Part shown: piece by piece, positions 17,729-27,885 of the stretch | How positions within the stretch are numbered: the first letter of the stretch is position 1 | How the letters are laid out: every line of letters begins with the position of its first letter | Origin: Fidelibacterota bacterium | Lineage (GTDB): Bacteria > Fidelibacterota > Marinisomatia > Marinisomatales > TCS55 | Assembly (NCBI GenBank): GCA_046861385.1 | Contig: JBHHTW010000016.1 | Span: 1 to 40,238 of the forward strand | Length of the DNA: 40,238 nt | Direction of reading: 5' to 3' | Program-made: the position numbers and the translations under genes | Notes under the pieces: model-generated | Databases searched by the model: none | What the model saw: only the letters and a program-made list of their open reading frames with translations | What the model was told of the DNA's origin: nothing

Positions 17729-18322
17729 ATGTTAAAAATTGGACTTACAGGTGGTATTGGTTGTGGAAAAAGTACAGCCAGTGAATATTTTAAGGAGTTG
17801 GGTGCCTACATTTTTAACGCAGATACTGAAGCAAAGAAATTATTGACCAATAATCCAACCGTTCAAAGCGAGCTAATTGCAGAGTTTGGTTCGGATATAA
17901 TAGGCCCTGATAATACAATTGTAAAAGAAAAATTGGCACGTATCGCTTTCCAGGATGAAGACCACCAATCACGTCTTAACTCAGTTGTGCACCCTTATTT
18001 GTATAATTTGATCGATAATAGTTTTCAAAAAATAGAAAAAAAGAAAAATCACTCTTTATTCGTTGTGGACGGTGCAATGATTTATGAATCAGGATATGAT
18101 CAACATCTTGATTATATTATCGTTATAACAGCTTTATTGAAAAACAGAATGGAACGATCCATATCCAGAGGAACATTAACCAGAGATCAAATTCTGCAGA
18201 GAATGGACCTCCAGTGGTCTGAAAAAATCAAAACAGGGTTGGCAGATTTTGTGATTCATAACGACAGTTCCGAAGAATATCTAAAAAAAGAGATAACAGA
18301 TATTTTTAAACAAATAGCTTAG
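17729..18322 (+). CDS. coaE: Dephospho-CoA kinase
   Basis: KIGLTGGIGCGKS, LNSVVHP and ADFVIHND. Confidence 0.92.
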   Translation: MLKIGLTGGIGCGKSTASEYFKELGAYIFNADTEAKKLLTNNPTVQSELIAEFGSDIIGPDNTIVKEKLARIAFQDEDHQSRLNSVVHPYLYNLIDNSFQKIEKKKNHSLFVVDGAMIYESGYDQHLDYIIVITALLKNRMERSISRGTLTRDQILQRMDLQWSEKIKTGLADFVIHNDSSEEYLKKEITDIFKQIA

Positions 18323-18795
18323 CGGAACCGTTTCCTTAACGCACGCGGTTTATCTAGAATCTCTTTGTAAATCATAGCCATTTTCACATCATGTTGTATT
18401 CTAAATAATGATGCTTTTTTAAATATTTTCTCATGAGACTTATGCTTGATTGTTCCAACCTGTCTATGTCTCTCTATTGATGACAATCCTTTGTGGGTCG
18501 TGTGAACGGGCTCAATTGGTATCTCTCTATCATATTGCAAGCTTGATTCGACTTCCAAATTATGATACGCCCCTTCAACGCTTGGTTCAGGTACATTCTT
18601 TTCTTCTATTTCTTCTGGTTCCGCAAAATCAGAAAAAAGATCTTTTATAAACTCAGGCGTTTTCCAATCATTCGCTTCTTCTTCTTTTTCTACTTCTTCC
18701 ATTTGGCGATATGCTGCTTTTTGCTTTCTTTTCTTCATAATGGCTGAAAACAAATATAATATCAGCAGAAAGATCCAATAGCTGAAGTCTTCCAT
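18319..18795 (-). CDS. Hypothetical membrane-anchored protein (YqfB-like, third gene of nfeD-floA operon)
   Basis: N-terminal TM, charged low-complexity middle, C-terminal AMIYKEILDKPRALR. Overlaps the floA stop. Confidence 0.65.
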   Translation of the reverse strand: MEDFSYWIFLLILYLFSAIMKKRKQKAAYRQMEEVEKEEEANDWKTPEFIKDLFSDFAEPEEIEEKNVPEPSVEGAYHNLEVESSLQYDREIPIEPVHTTHKGLSSIERHRQVGTIKHKSHEKIFKKASLFRIQHDVKMAMIYKEILDKPRALRKRFR

Positions 18796-19802
18796 TAATC
18801 ATCATCCTCAAATGTTTTGGTTTCTCCTTCGCCTATATCGGATATGGACTGCCTCATTCCGGTATCTGCTTTGATATTTTGCATATTGTAATAATCAAAA
18901 ATCCCAAGATTGCCTTCTCTGAATGCTTGAGCCATTGCCTTTGGAACTTCTGCTTCAGCTTCAACTACTTTGGCTTGCATTTCCTGCGTGCGGGCTTTCA
19001 TTTCCTGTTCTTCGGCCACAGCCATTGCCCTGCGGGTTTCTGCTCGTGCCTGGGCAACCCGCAAATCAGCTTCTGCTTGATCGGCTTGTAGACTAGCGCC
19101 GATGTTCTTACCTACATCCAGATCTGCAATATCGATGGATAGAATTTCATAGGCTGTTCCTGCGTCCAATCCTTTTTGCAACACCGCCTTGGAAATATTA
19201 TCGGGATTTTCCAGTACAGCTGTATAATTATCGGAAGAACCAATTGCGCTCACAATTCCTTCTCCTACACGTGCAATAATTGTTTCGTCCGTAGCGCCAC
19301 CAACCAATCCGGGAATGTTCGTTCTAACGGTCACGCGTGCACGTGCTTTCAATTCAATTCCATCTTTTGCTACAGCTGCTAAATAACCTTCTTTGGGTGC
19401 ATCAATCACTTTTGGATAAACGCTCGTGGCAACAGCCGTCTGTACATCCCGACCAGCCAAGTCAATAGCGGTTGTTGTTTCGAATGCTAGTGGAATATTT
19501 GCTTTTGCTGCAGCAATTAGTGCCACTACAACGTTTTGCACATGCCCACCGGCAAGGAAATGTGTTTCCAGCATATCTGTGGAAATGGTTTGCAGTCCTG
19601 CTTTATTTAGATTAATCACGCCATCCACAATCAATCGTGGAGGAATTTTTCTCAATCTCATACGGATAAGATCTATGATTGAAATGGGGCCTAATCCTAA
19701 ACTTACTATAGATTGTACCCACAACCCCAAGGGGACAAAATAGAAAAATAGAATTACAAATAGCAGTACAAACCCTAATAATAAAATAGATGCGATAGTC
19801 AT
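18795..19802 (-). CDS. floA: Flotillin-like protein FloA (YqfA family)
   Basis: [52 protein letters not shown] and DTGMR. Confidence 0.93.
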   Translation of the reverse strand: MTIASILLLGFVLLFVILFFYFVPLGLWVQSIVSLGLGPISIIDLIRMRLRKIPPRLIVDGVINLNKAGLQTISTDMLETHFLAGGHVQNVVVALIAAAKANIPLAFETTTAIDLAGRDVQTAVATSVYPKVIDAPKEGYLAAVAKDGIELKARARVTVRTNIPGLVGGATDETIIARVGEGIVSAIGSSDNYTAVLENPDNISKAVLQKGLDAGTAYEILSIDIADLDVGKNIGASLQADQAEADLRVAQARAETRRAMAVAEEQEMKARTQEMQAKVVEAEAEVPKAMAQAFREGNLGIFDYYNMQNIKADTGMRQSISDIGEGETKTFEDDD

Positions 19803-19813
19803 ATTTTCATTCC

Positions 19814-21169
19814 TTATTCTTGATTCATTTTTCTGACGACAACCCTGTTCCCGTCTACAGTCATAATTTTAATGGTTTCATTTTTATTGATATATGATCC
19901 TTCCGTAACGACAAAAATTCGTTTTTCTCCCACCTGAACCCAGCCCGAAGGACGAAGATCTGTATCCGCGACACCTTCTTCGTTGAGAAGATTTTCAAGC
20001 CCGATTGATGAATTATATCCTTCTTCCTTTAATTGCGCGGTGGGTGAACTTAATTTTTTCCAAAATTCTGTTTTGGTCATAAGTCTAAATAAAAGCACCA
20101 GGCCAACGATGCCACCCAATATTCCAATGGTTAATCCAGTTAAAGCCATGGTCTGAATTTCCTGACCTACGGGCACATCAGGCAAGAGTAATTCATAAAG
20201 ACCCCAAATGATGATTCCTATACCGGAAAGCCCTGCAATACCAAACCCCGGTATTAAAAGTATTTCCACCATTAACAATACAACCCCCACCAAAACAATC
20301 AATAGGTCTGTCACTGTTGCTAATTGTACAATGTAGGAGGCTCCTAACGATAAGGCCAAACAGATAGCTCCAAACGTACCGGGGAGCCCCCAGCCGGGGC
20401 TTTGCAACTCAAATAAAATGCCAAGAAATCCAAAAGTTGTTAGAAGTGATGCAACGACCGGATTCGTTAAAAATCGTACAAAATTTTCAGACCAATTTTC
20501 TTTAGCAGAGCGAACTGAAGCATGAGATAATCCTAATTCTAACAGCACGTCTTCCAATGTTTCTTTTTCTCCGTCTGCTATCCCGTATTTAATAGCCGAT
20601 TCTGTCGTGAGAGTTATTAGCTTGCCTTCCTTTCGGCCTTCGAGGTCTGTCACTTCAATGGAATCGCCATTAATAACTAAATGGGTAAACGATAATTCTT
20701 CATCAACCATCCCTTTGGCAATATCCGCGTTGCGACCACGCTTTTCTGCTGTGGAGGCCATCTCTTCCCGCATGTAGCTAATAACTTTTTCACTTGCTTT
20801 TTTACCCTGCATATCCACTGCCGTTGCAGCACCAATCGTTCCTCCTCCTGTCAAATAAATCTTCTCACAGGAAAGCGATATTAATGCTCCGGCAGAAATA
20901 GCCCTTCGATTAATGAAGGCAACCGTTAATATATCCGAATCGAGTATAGCGTCCTTGATTTGTGTTGCCGCATCTACGCGCCCGCCAAACGTGTCAATAT
21001 CAAAAATGATCGCTTTTGCTCCAGCTTCTTCTGCTGATGCAATTGCACGTTCGATATAGGGAGGCAAGCCCAGATCGATTGTTCCTTGAATCGGAACCCT
21101 ATAAATAATCGTTTCAGCTAATCCGACAGAAAAGAATAAAGATATAAATATTAATGTTTTCAGTTTCAT
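19814..21169 (-). CDS. nfeD: Long NfeD family protein (ClpP-like protease domain + TM + OB-fold; YqeZ-like)
   Basis: [36 protein letters not shown] and TDLRPSG. Confidence 0.9.
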   Translation of the reverse strand: MKLKTLIFISLFFSVGLAETIIYRVPIQGTIDLGLPPYIERAIASAEEAGAKAIIFDIDTFGGRVDAATQIKDAILDSDILTVAFINRRAISAGALISLSCEKIYLTGGGTIGAATAVDMQGKKASEKVISYMREEMASTAEKRGRNADIAKGMVDEELSFTHLVINGDSIEVTDLEGRKEGKLITLTTESAIKYGIADGEKETLEDVLLELGLSHASVRSAKENWSENFVRFLTNPVVASLLTTFGFLGILFELQSPGWGLPGTFGAICLALSLGASYIVQLATVTDLLIVLVGVVLLMVEILLIPGFGIAGLSGIGIIIWGLYELLLPDVPVGQEIQTMALTGLTIGILGGIVGLVLLFRLMTKTEFWKKLSSPTAQLKEEGYNSSIGLENLLNEEGVADTDLRPSGWVQVGEKRIFVVTEGSYINKNETIKIMTVDGNRVVVRKMNQE

Positions 21170-21258
21170 AATGTTCTTCTAAACTATTGTTAATTTTAAT
21201 ACTGTCATCAGTGAAATTATTTTATATTTAGCAATTCTCTAGAACATATTATCAACAA

Positions 21259-22125
21259 ATGCGCTTTAATCACCAAATTTCTTATTATGCACTAACTGTA
21301 TTTTCAGGCTGGTTAAGAAGTTTATCTGAATCTGAACGTGATAGATTTAGTTTAAGATTGGCTCGCATTGCCTATTATATACTTTCTCTTCGGAAAAAAG
21401 ATTCAGCTAATAATATTGCCATTGCATTTTCAGAAAAAACCGCTCAACAACAAGATAAAATATTAAAAAATTCTTATGCATTTTTTGCCAAATCCTTCTT
21501 GCAATTTTTTGCATTACCAAAATCATATCGATTTGTTGATATTAACATAAAGGGGAAGAATTTACTGGATGATGCTATCAAAAAAGGCCGAGGCGTTATT
21601 CTCGCCACTGGGCATTTTGGGAAGTGGGAAATGATGAGCGTATGGCTGGGACGTTCAGGTTATCCTGTTTATGCCGTTGCCCACCGCCAAAAAAATAAAG
21701 GCGCTGATTTGTTTTTTAAGAATCATCGACAAAAAACGGGCATGGAAATGATTTACCGAAAATCTTCCCTAAAAAATATGTACAGAATTCTGGAAGAAAA
21801 TAAGATATTGGTTTTGGGAAGCGATCAAGATGCGAAGTCCCGGGGAATATTTATCAACTTTTTCAACAAACCCGCCTCGACGCCCAAGGGGGTTGCACGG
21901 TTTCACCTGGAAACACATTCTCCTATTCTATTCGTTTCCTGTCACTTGGATCAGGCGGGAAAATATCAACTTGAAATCCAACCTGTAAATCCTAACGCTC
22001 CTCCCACAGTGGAATCAATTACTCAGGCATATACTCGTTTATTGGAAGAAAAAATCCGGCAATTTCCTGATCAATATTTTTGGTTCCACAGGCGCTGGAA
22101 ATCGAAACCCACAAATTCAGAATGA
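21259..22125 (+). CDS. lpxL: Lipid A late acyltransferase / lysophospholipid acyltransferase (LpxL/HtrB family)
   Basis: GHFGKWE, DQD, FF and PDQYFWFHRRWK. Confidence 0.85.
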   Translation: MRFNHQISYYALTVFSGWLRSLSESERDRFSLRLARIAYYILSLRKKDSANNIAIAFSEKTAQQQDKILKNSYAFFAKSFLQFFALPKSYRFVDINIKGKNLLDDAIKKGRGVILATGHFGKWEMMSVWLGRSGYPVYAVAHRQKNKGADLFFKNHRQKTGMEMIYRKSSLKNMYRILEENKILVLGSDQDAKSRGIFINFFNKPASTPKGVARFHLETHSPILFVSCHLDQAGKYQLEIQPVNPNAPPTVESITQAYTRLLEEKIRQFPDQYFWFHRRWKSKPTNSE

Positions 22126-22691
22126 ATATTGTTTCCAAAGAGTCTAATAACGCAATAACTCAAGCGTGTGATATTCTGGTATCGGGCGGTATTATAGTAT
22201 ATCCGACAGACACTATTTATGGATTCGGTGTAGACGCAAAAAATGATAATGCTATTCATAAATTAAATAGGATTAAGGGTCGCCAACAAGCAATCAGCGT
22301 TTTGGCTCCTGATAAAAAAACAGCCCTTTCATGGGGAAACCTTTCCATTGAAAATAGTAAACTAATTGAAAACAGACTTGGTGGAAATACGACCGTGATA
22401 TTTTCCGTTAAAGATGCCATTGTGAGTCCCTTGATTTTAGGGGAAAACAATACATTGGGAGTACGGATTCCTCATCATAAATTTTGCAATACACTTTCAT
22501 CATTTTTTACAAATCCCATTACAACAACCAGTGTAAACAAGCATGGTTCTGTTCCATTAAACAACCCTGAATTGATTATACAGGAATTTGAAGATAATAT
22601 CGGTTTATTAATAGATGGTGGGAATTTAGAAGGAAACCAGAGATCGGCTATGTTTAAACTAGATTGTGGCGAACTTATCCAAATTAGATGA
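22122..22691 (+). CDS. tsaC: L-threonylcarbamoyladenylate synthase (YrdC/Sua5 domain)
   Basis: YPTDTIYG, IKGR, GVRIP, TTSVN and IDGG. ATG 22122 overlaps the lpxL stop (ATGA). Confidence 0.88.
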   Translation: MNIVSKESNNAITQACDILVSGGIIVYPTDTIYGFGVDAKNDNAIHKLNRIKGRQQAISVLAPDKKTALSWGNLSIENSKLIENRLGGNTTVIFSVKDAIVSPLILGENNTLGVRIPHHKFCNTLSSFFTNPITTTSVNKHGSVPLNNPELIIQEFEDNIGLLIDGGNLEGNQRSAMFKLDCGELIQIR

Positions 22692-22749
22692 TAGAGACTT
22701 TTACACATCCTATTGCATAAATATACATTTTACCAAGATATCTAGTACA

Positions 22750-23460
22750 ATGAGAATAATTATTACAATCATTTTATTGCTGAATTTCGTAGTAGGACAA
22801 AATTTCCCCTTTCAGGTGGGAGAGAAATTAGTTTATAATGCAAAATTTAATATTATTCCATCGGGAATTGCCTCTTTGGAAATCCTGGCACATGATTCTA
22901 TCAATGGTAATGGAACATACCACGCACGCTTCACGGCAAAAACAAATCCAACATTTGATCCTTTATTCAAAATTAGAGACCAAATTGATATTTGGATGGA
23001 TCATAAATCCCTCTATACTCATCAATTACTCAAAACAATACGAGAAGGGAAATACCGAAAAAATGTCTCAACTACGATCGATTACCAGGATTCCCTGGCG
23101 GTTATCAATTCAGATACAGTAAAAATTTATGATGTAGTTCGTGATCCATATTCATTGTTTTATTATTTAAGAACCGTATCTTTAGAAATTGGTCAGGTAA
23201 TCGAATTCAAATCTTTTGAAAATAATAATACTACTCAGTTTAAACTACATGTAAACGGTACTGAAAGCGTCTCCACTGAGGCAGGAACATTTTCTTGTAT
23301 TATCGTCCGGCCATACCGTAAGGGTAAAGCGCTATTGAAAAATAAAGGTGATATGCAAATTTGGTTCAGTAATGACAAAAATCGAGTCCCGGTACAAATT
23401 CAAATTAAAATGAAATTTGGATCAATGTTGTTAAAACTAAAGGAAGTTACTGTCCAATAA
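22750..23460 (+). CDS. DUF3108-like exported protein
   Basis: Signal peptide from ATG 22750, F.VGEKLVY, DPYS.FYYLR, TEAGTFSC and IWFSND..RVPV.I. Confidence 0.7.
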   Translation: MRIIITIILLLNFVVGQNFPFQVGEKLVYNAKFNIIPSGIASLEILAHDSINGNGTYHARFTAKTNPTFDPLFKIRDQIDIWMDHKSLYTHQLLKTIREGKYRKNVSTTIDYQDSLAVINSDTVKIYDVVRDPYSLFYYLRTVSLEIGQVIEFKSFENNNTTQFKLHVNGTESVSTEAGTFSCIIVRPYRKGKALLKNKGDMQIWFSNDKNRVPVQIQIKMKFGSMLLKLKEVTVQ

Positions 23461-24622
23461 GCCGTCCAATATCATTGACAATTACTGTTGCAAAAAGTAA
23501 AAGTAGAAACGCCATTCCAACTTGTTGAATAACCATACGAGCTTTGATAGAAAGTTTGTGTCGAATGATTCCCTCAATAATAATGATAAGAATATGACCA
23601 CCATCCAGTCCGGGAATTGGTAAAATATTAATAAACGCCAGGTTACAACTTATTAGCGCCATAAAAGTCAGGAGCGCCGCCCAGCCTGCTTTGGCGGTTT
23701 CACCGGCCAATTGTGCTATCAAAACAGGTCCCCCTATATCTTTTAATGATGCCTCTCCATTTACCAGCATCGATATCGAAGTAATAATCATTCCAAAACC
23801 ATTTATGGTGGCAACAAAACCGGTTTGGATCGCTTTGACAAACCCTATTGGTTGAAAGGAATACTGTTGAATAATACCTATTGCACCTAGCGTGTCCATT
23901 TTGCCATCAATAAGAGCGACCTGATGACTGGTTTTTACCACTGTATTAAATTGTATATTATCTCGCTCGAGCGTTAAAGAAATTTCTGTATTGGGTATTT
24001 CATGAATTATTGAAGAAAGTTCAGACCAGCTTTCTATTTCCTCCTCATTGATTGAAATAATTCGATCTCCCACCTGTAACCCGGCAGCGATAGCCGGCAT
24101 ATCCGGCACCAACTGTGCAATCACGGGTTCGTCACTAACCTCAGGAATTCCAGTATGCTTAGCCACGCCCGTAAACAAAATAAAAGCCAGTACAATATTC
24201 ATTATAACCCCGGCGCTCATGACCCACGCTTGAGCTAATGACGATTTGTTCATAAGTTCATCATCGGCATTGGAAAAAGTGTCATCCAGATTTTCATCAA
24301 TGACACCTGCCATTTTTACATAACCGCCAAGGGGAATTATGGCTAAACAATATTCACATCCGCTCCCGATTTTTCCCTTCTTATTGATTGTTTTCTCAAT
24401 TATGGATCCCCAAACAAGTTTTTTATCTTCATCAAAACGATAAAAATATAATGTAAATAACCATCCGTCTTTAATGGAAGTGAATGTGATTAATCTAGGC
24501 GGAAACCCAATAGAGAAACGATCCACACGCACACCAACTGAGCGTGCGGCTAAAAAATGTCCAATCTCGTGTACGGTTACAATAACGCCTAAAACGATAA
24601 TGGTTGCCCAAAGTGTTGTCAT
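23447..24622 (-). CDS. rseP: RIP metalloprotease RseP
   Basis: HEIGH, FSIGF, PLGGYVKM, one PDZ domain, GPV.I and N.LPIPGLDGG. Confidence 0.93.
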   Translation of the reverse strand: MTTLWATIIVLGVIVTVHEIGHFLAARSVGVRVDRFSIGFPPRLITFTSIKDGWLFTLYFYRFDEDKKLVWGSIIEKTINKKGKIGSGCEYCLAIIPLGGYVKMAGVIDENLDDTFSNADDELMNKSSLAQAWVMSAGVIMNIVLAFILFTGVAKHTGIPEVSDEPVIAQLVPDMPAIAAGLQVGDRIISINEEEIESWSELSSIIHEIPNTEISLTLERDNIQFNTVVKTSHQVALIDGKMDTLGAIGIIQQYSFQPIGFVKAIQTGFVATINGFGMIITSISMLVNGEASLKDIGGPVLIAQLAGETAKAGWAALLTFMALISCNLAFINILPIPGLDGGHILIIIIEGIIRHKLSIKARMVIQQVGMAFLLLLFATVIVNDIGRLIGQ

Positions 24623-24784
24623 ATGAAATAGTTACCTTAAGTTATTAAAATACTTTGTGAAATTTTCTGTGTGAAAATAAGAGGAAAAACTTGTCTGATT
24701 CCTACCTGCCCCCTTCTTTTTATCCCAGTCAAGGCATGCTGATCTAAATTGATCTATTTTAATTATAAAGATGTGCATTGCGCT

Positions 24785-25933
24785 TCATTGTTTAAATTTA
24801 TTAACAAAATCTGTCGTCCAGAGTTCCAACTCTAATAATTCTTCCAGTGTAGGTTTTGCTAACCAGTTATGGGCAGCACAGGCTCGTTCAATTATTATTG
24901 GAATATCAATAAATTTAATGCGGTTATTCAAAAATTGATAGACGGCCTGTTCATTCGCAACATTGAGAACGGCCGGGGTCGACCCACCGTTTTCTAAGGC
25001 ATCAAAGGCTAATTTTATGCAGGGGAATTTCTCATAATCAGGCGCTTCGAATGTCAGATTCTTAATTTTAACAAGATCAAGTGTTTCCCACGATGCTTCA
25101 ACTCGGCGTGGATAGGATAATGAATATTGAATAGGTATTTTCATATCGGGGACACCCAATTGAGCTTTAACAGATCCATCAGAAAATTCAACCATGGAAT
25201 GAATGATGGATTGTGGATGGACAACAATTTCTATCTGGTTTGATTCCAAACCAAATAGCCATTTAGCCTCTATTACTTCAAGCCCCTTATTCATCATTGT
25301 TGCTGAATCGATAGTGATTTTATTTCCCATGTCCCAATTGGGATGTTTCAGAGCCTCTTTAACTGATATATCCGAAAACGTATTGATATCTCTTGTTCTG
25401 AAGGGCCCACCACTTCCGGTTAATATGATTTTCCTTACATCTGATTGTTCTTCTCCTGCGATACATTGCCAAATGGCTGAGTGTTCGCTATCAACGGGGA
25501 ATATTTTTGCGCCGGTTTTTGCCTTAACAGATTCTATTAGAGAACCTGCCATGACCAAACTTTCCTTATTGCTTAATGCAACATTAACTCCGGCTTCAAG
25601 AGAACGGATGGTCGGTTCCATTCCTGTGCTGCCAACCAAGCCGTTCATAACAATCTCTATATTATCTCGTCCGGCTATTTCTAACAACCCGTTTCGTCCT
25701 GATAATACTTCAATAGATTCCGGAACATTTTGTTTAACATATTCTCTCAACGAATTTTCAACAATAACAATAGATTCCGGGTGATACATATTTGCCTGCT
25801 TAATAAGTTTATCAGCATTTTTATTGGCAGTGAGGTATACAATACTAATTCTATTGCCAAGATTATTGCACACATTGAGCGTGTTTTCACCAATAGAGCC
25901 AGTTGAGCCAAGGATAGATAGTCGCTTTAGCAT
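24785..25933 (-). CDS. dxr: 1-deoxy-D-xylulose 5-phosphate reductoisomerase
   Basis: ILGSTGSIG, NKESLV, PVDSEHSAI, SGGPF and HPNW.MG.KITIDSATMMNKGLE. Confidence 0.97.
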   Translation of the reverse strand: MLKRLSILGSTGSIGENTLNVCNNLGNRISIVYLTANKNADKLIKQANMYHPESIVIVENSLREYVKQNVPESIEVLSGRNGLLEIAGRDNIEIVMNGLVGSTGMEPTIRSLEAGVNVALSNKESLVMAGSLIESVKAKTGAKIFPVDSEHSAIWQCIAGEEQSDVRKIILTGSGGPFRTRDINTFSDISVKEALKHPNWDMGNKITIDSATMMNKGLEVIEAKWLFGLESNQIEIVVHPQSIIHSMVEFSDGSVKAQLGVPDMKIPIQYSLSYPRRVEASWETLDLVKIKNLTFEAPDYEKFPCIKLAFDALENGGSTPAVLNVANEQAVYQFLNNRIKFIDIPIIIERACAAHNWLAKPTLEELLELELWTTDFVNKFKQ

Positions 25934-26643
25934 TAGAAAAAGGTCTTTATAATCTGGAGGTTAAATTGTATAAATTTTGAATGTGCTTGCGATTGAATAT
26001 TAATATCAATTGGATTCAAATGAAATTGGGCTCCAGCTATAAAATAGGTGAGAGAATTCGCCAACCTTGGTTGAATCACATCGTCATTAAGATTCTGAAA
26101 ATGTGCATGGTAATTGGCGTGACCAATTCCAAAGTGCATTGGAATATCAGAAATGGATTTTTTAATAATAGCACTGAAGTCTATCCCTCGGATCTTCAAA
26201 TGCGTTGGGCCTTCAAGCCATCCAAAGCAAACTGATGTTATCCAGCCCTGCTTGCGATATTCCATCCCGTAGCTTGCGGCATTCACAGAAACATTTTTTG
26301 GAGAAAGTAAATTCATTTTCCCTTTTACTATTAAATTATTTGTAATGAGCATTTTTCCCTCTGCCATGGGAAGAAAAACATGAGGATTTGATTGTATAGA
26401 TAAATTGGTCATATCCCAGCCAATCGGAAAATACAGAGAGATACCAACCCTCTTGATTTCTGATAAATCCATAACGGAGAGTTGCCCAATGGATAATACG
26501 CTGGACCTTATAATCGGTTCTGATTGTTCATTAAAATGATTGTCTGCTGTTTCAGAAAGATCAAAAGAAATCCATTGCCCGGAAACCGGATCCATAATGA
26601 TGATAAAATATATAACGATAAACCGGATTAACATTGACGGCAT
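25933..26643 (-). CDS. Hypothetical exported protein, possibly OM beta-barrel; start uncertain (26679/26643/26634)
   Basis: The ORF fills the gap between lpxA and dxr. It has a hydrophobic N-terminal segment, strand-like pattern and terminal Phe. Confidence 0.55.
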   Translation of the reverse strand: MPSMLIRFIVIYFIIIMDPVSGQWISFDLSETADNHFNEQSEPIIRSSVLSIGQLSVMDLSEIKRVGISLYFPIGWDMTNLSIQSNPHVFLPMAEGKMLITNNLIVKGKMNLLSPKNVSVNAASYGMEYRKQGWITSVCFGWLEGPTHLKIRGIDFSAIIKKSISDIPMHFGIGHANYHAHFQNLNDDVIQPRLANSLTYFIAGAQFHLNPIDINIQSQAHSKFIQFNLQIIKTFF

Positions 26644-26650
26644 GCGCCAT

Positions 26651-27424
26651 TCAAATGATGCCGCGCTTGCTGGTTTCAATAAAATTTAGGATCGCTTTTA
26701 TCTCATCCGTATTTTCAAAATCGGTTTTAATTTTTATTATCGCTTCAGTTCTGTTCAATTCGTCTGATCTGAAATATAGCTTATAAGCTTTCTTTATCAA
26801 ATTTCGTGTTTTGCTATCAAATCCTCGCCTACGCAGACCGATTTGATTTACACCGGAAAATTTCAAAGGTTCTCCTGCTGCTAATATATATGGGGGGACG
26901 TCCTGAACCACTCTGAATCCTCCTCCTATAAATACATGATTGCCAATTTTAGAAAATTGATGTACAAGTACTCCGCCTCCCAATGACACCCAATCGCCCA
27001 ATTCAACATGCCCTCCGAGGGTTGATAAATTGGCCATGATCACATTATTTCCCACAACACAATCATGGGCAACATGTGCATAGGCCATGAGCAACACATC
27101 GTTTCCAATCACCGTTGTTCCCCTCTCAACCGTTCCTCGATTGATCGTGACTGATTCTCGTATGATGACATTATTTCCAATTAGAGTCTTGCTGGCCTCG
27201 CCTGAGAATTTCAAATCCTGTGGAATTTCGCCAATGGAACAATTGTGAAAAATCTTCCCATTTTTTCCTATGGTTGTTCCAGATTTCACAGTGGTGTGAT
27301 TACCAATACTCGTATTGTCACCAATACAAACGTCTTCTAATACGCTATATGGTCCAACAGAAATATTATGACCAAGTTCGGCCTTTTTTGAAATCAAGGC
27401 AGTAGGATGTATGTTCGTGGAGAT
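26651..27424 (-). CDS. lpxA: UDP-N-acetylglucosamine O-acyltransferase; probable non-canonical ATC start
   Basis: Hexapeptide repeats, PQDLKF, HVAHDC, VHQF, QDVPPY and N.IGLRRRGF. The conserved IHPTA lies upstream of the first TTG (27397). Confidence 0.93.
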   Translation of the reverse strand: MSTNIHPTALISKKAELGHNISVGPYSVLEDVCIGDNTSIGNHTTVKSGTTIGKNGKIFHNCSIGEIPQDLKFSGEASKTLIGNNVIIRESVTINRGTVERGTTVIGNDVLLMAYAHVAHDCVVGNNVIMANLSTLGGHVELGDWVSLGGGVLVHQFSKIGNHVFIGGGFRVVQDVPPYILAAGEPLKFSGVNQIGLRRRGFDSKTRNLIKKAYKLYFRSDELNRTEAIIKIKTDFENTDEIKAILNFIETSKRGII

Positions 27425-27426
27425 GG

Positions 27427-27867
27427 TTATACTCCAACTCGATCGACAATGTTTGCCATAATTGTTCCTTCGGCAACTTTTATATCATCTACGTATGCAA
27501 CCCCCCTTAGCTTTACTGCATTCAAACGTATTTTAATTAATTCCATTTCAATGCGCACTTGATCTCCTGGAACGATGGGTTTCCTAAATTTTGATTTTTC
27601 AACTGCTGTAAATAACATATTCTTTTTCAATGGATCCTCCACTGAATTAAGCACTAAAAACGCTCCAGCCTGTGCCATCGATTCTAATATCAGAACACCT
27701 GGCATCACCGGATTCCCTGGGAAATGACCCTGGAAAAAAGGCTCGTTTATTGTAACATTCTTTAAGGCAGTACAGTGTTTTCCCGGAATCAATTCGACGA
27801 TTCTGTCAATTAAAATGAATGGATATCTATGGGGTATGAGCCACATGATCTCACTGATAGACAACAT
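27427..27867 (-). CDS. fabZ: 3-hydroxyacyl-ACP dehydratase
   Basis: IPHRYPF, KNVTINEPFFQGHFP and PGVLILESMAQ. Confidence 0.96.
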   Translation of the reverse strand: MLSISEIMWLIPHRYPFILIDRIVELIPGKHCTALKNVTINEPFFQGHFPGNPVMPGVLILESMAQAGAFLVLNSVEDPLKKNMLFTAVEKSKFRKPIVPGDQVRIEMELIKIRLNAVKLRGVAYVDDIKVAEGTIMANIVDRVGV

Positions 27868-27885
27868 ACCAATTTCCCTCTTATA

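Noticed and set aside
24623-24784. Intergenic gap between dxr and rseP as a possible ncRNA
   Set aside because: No convincing stem-loops or recognisable RNA motif.
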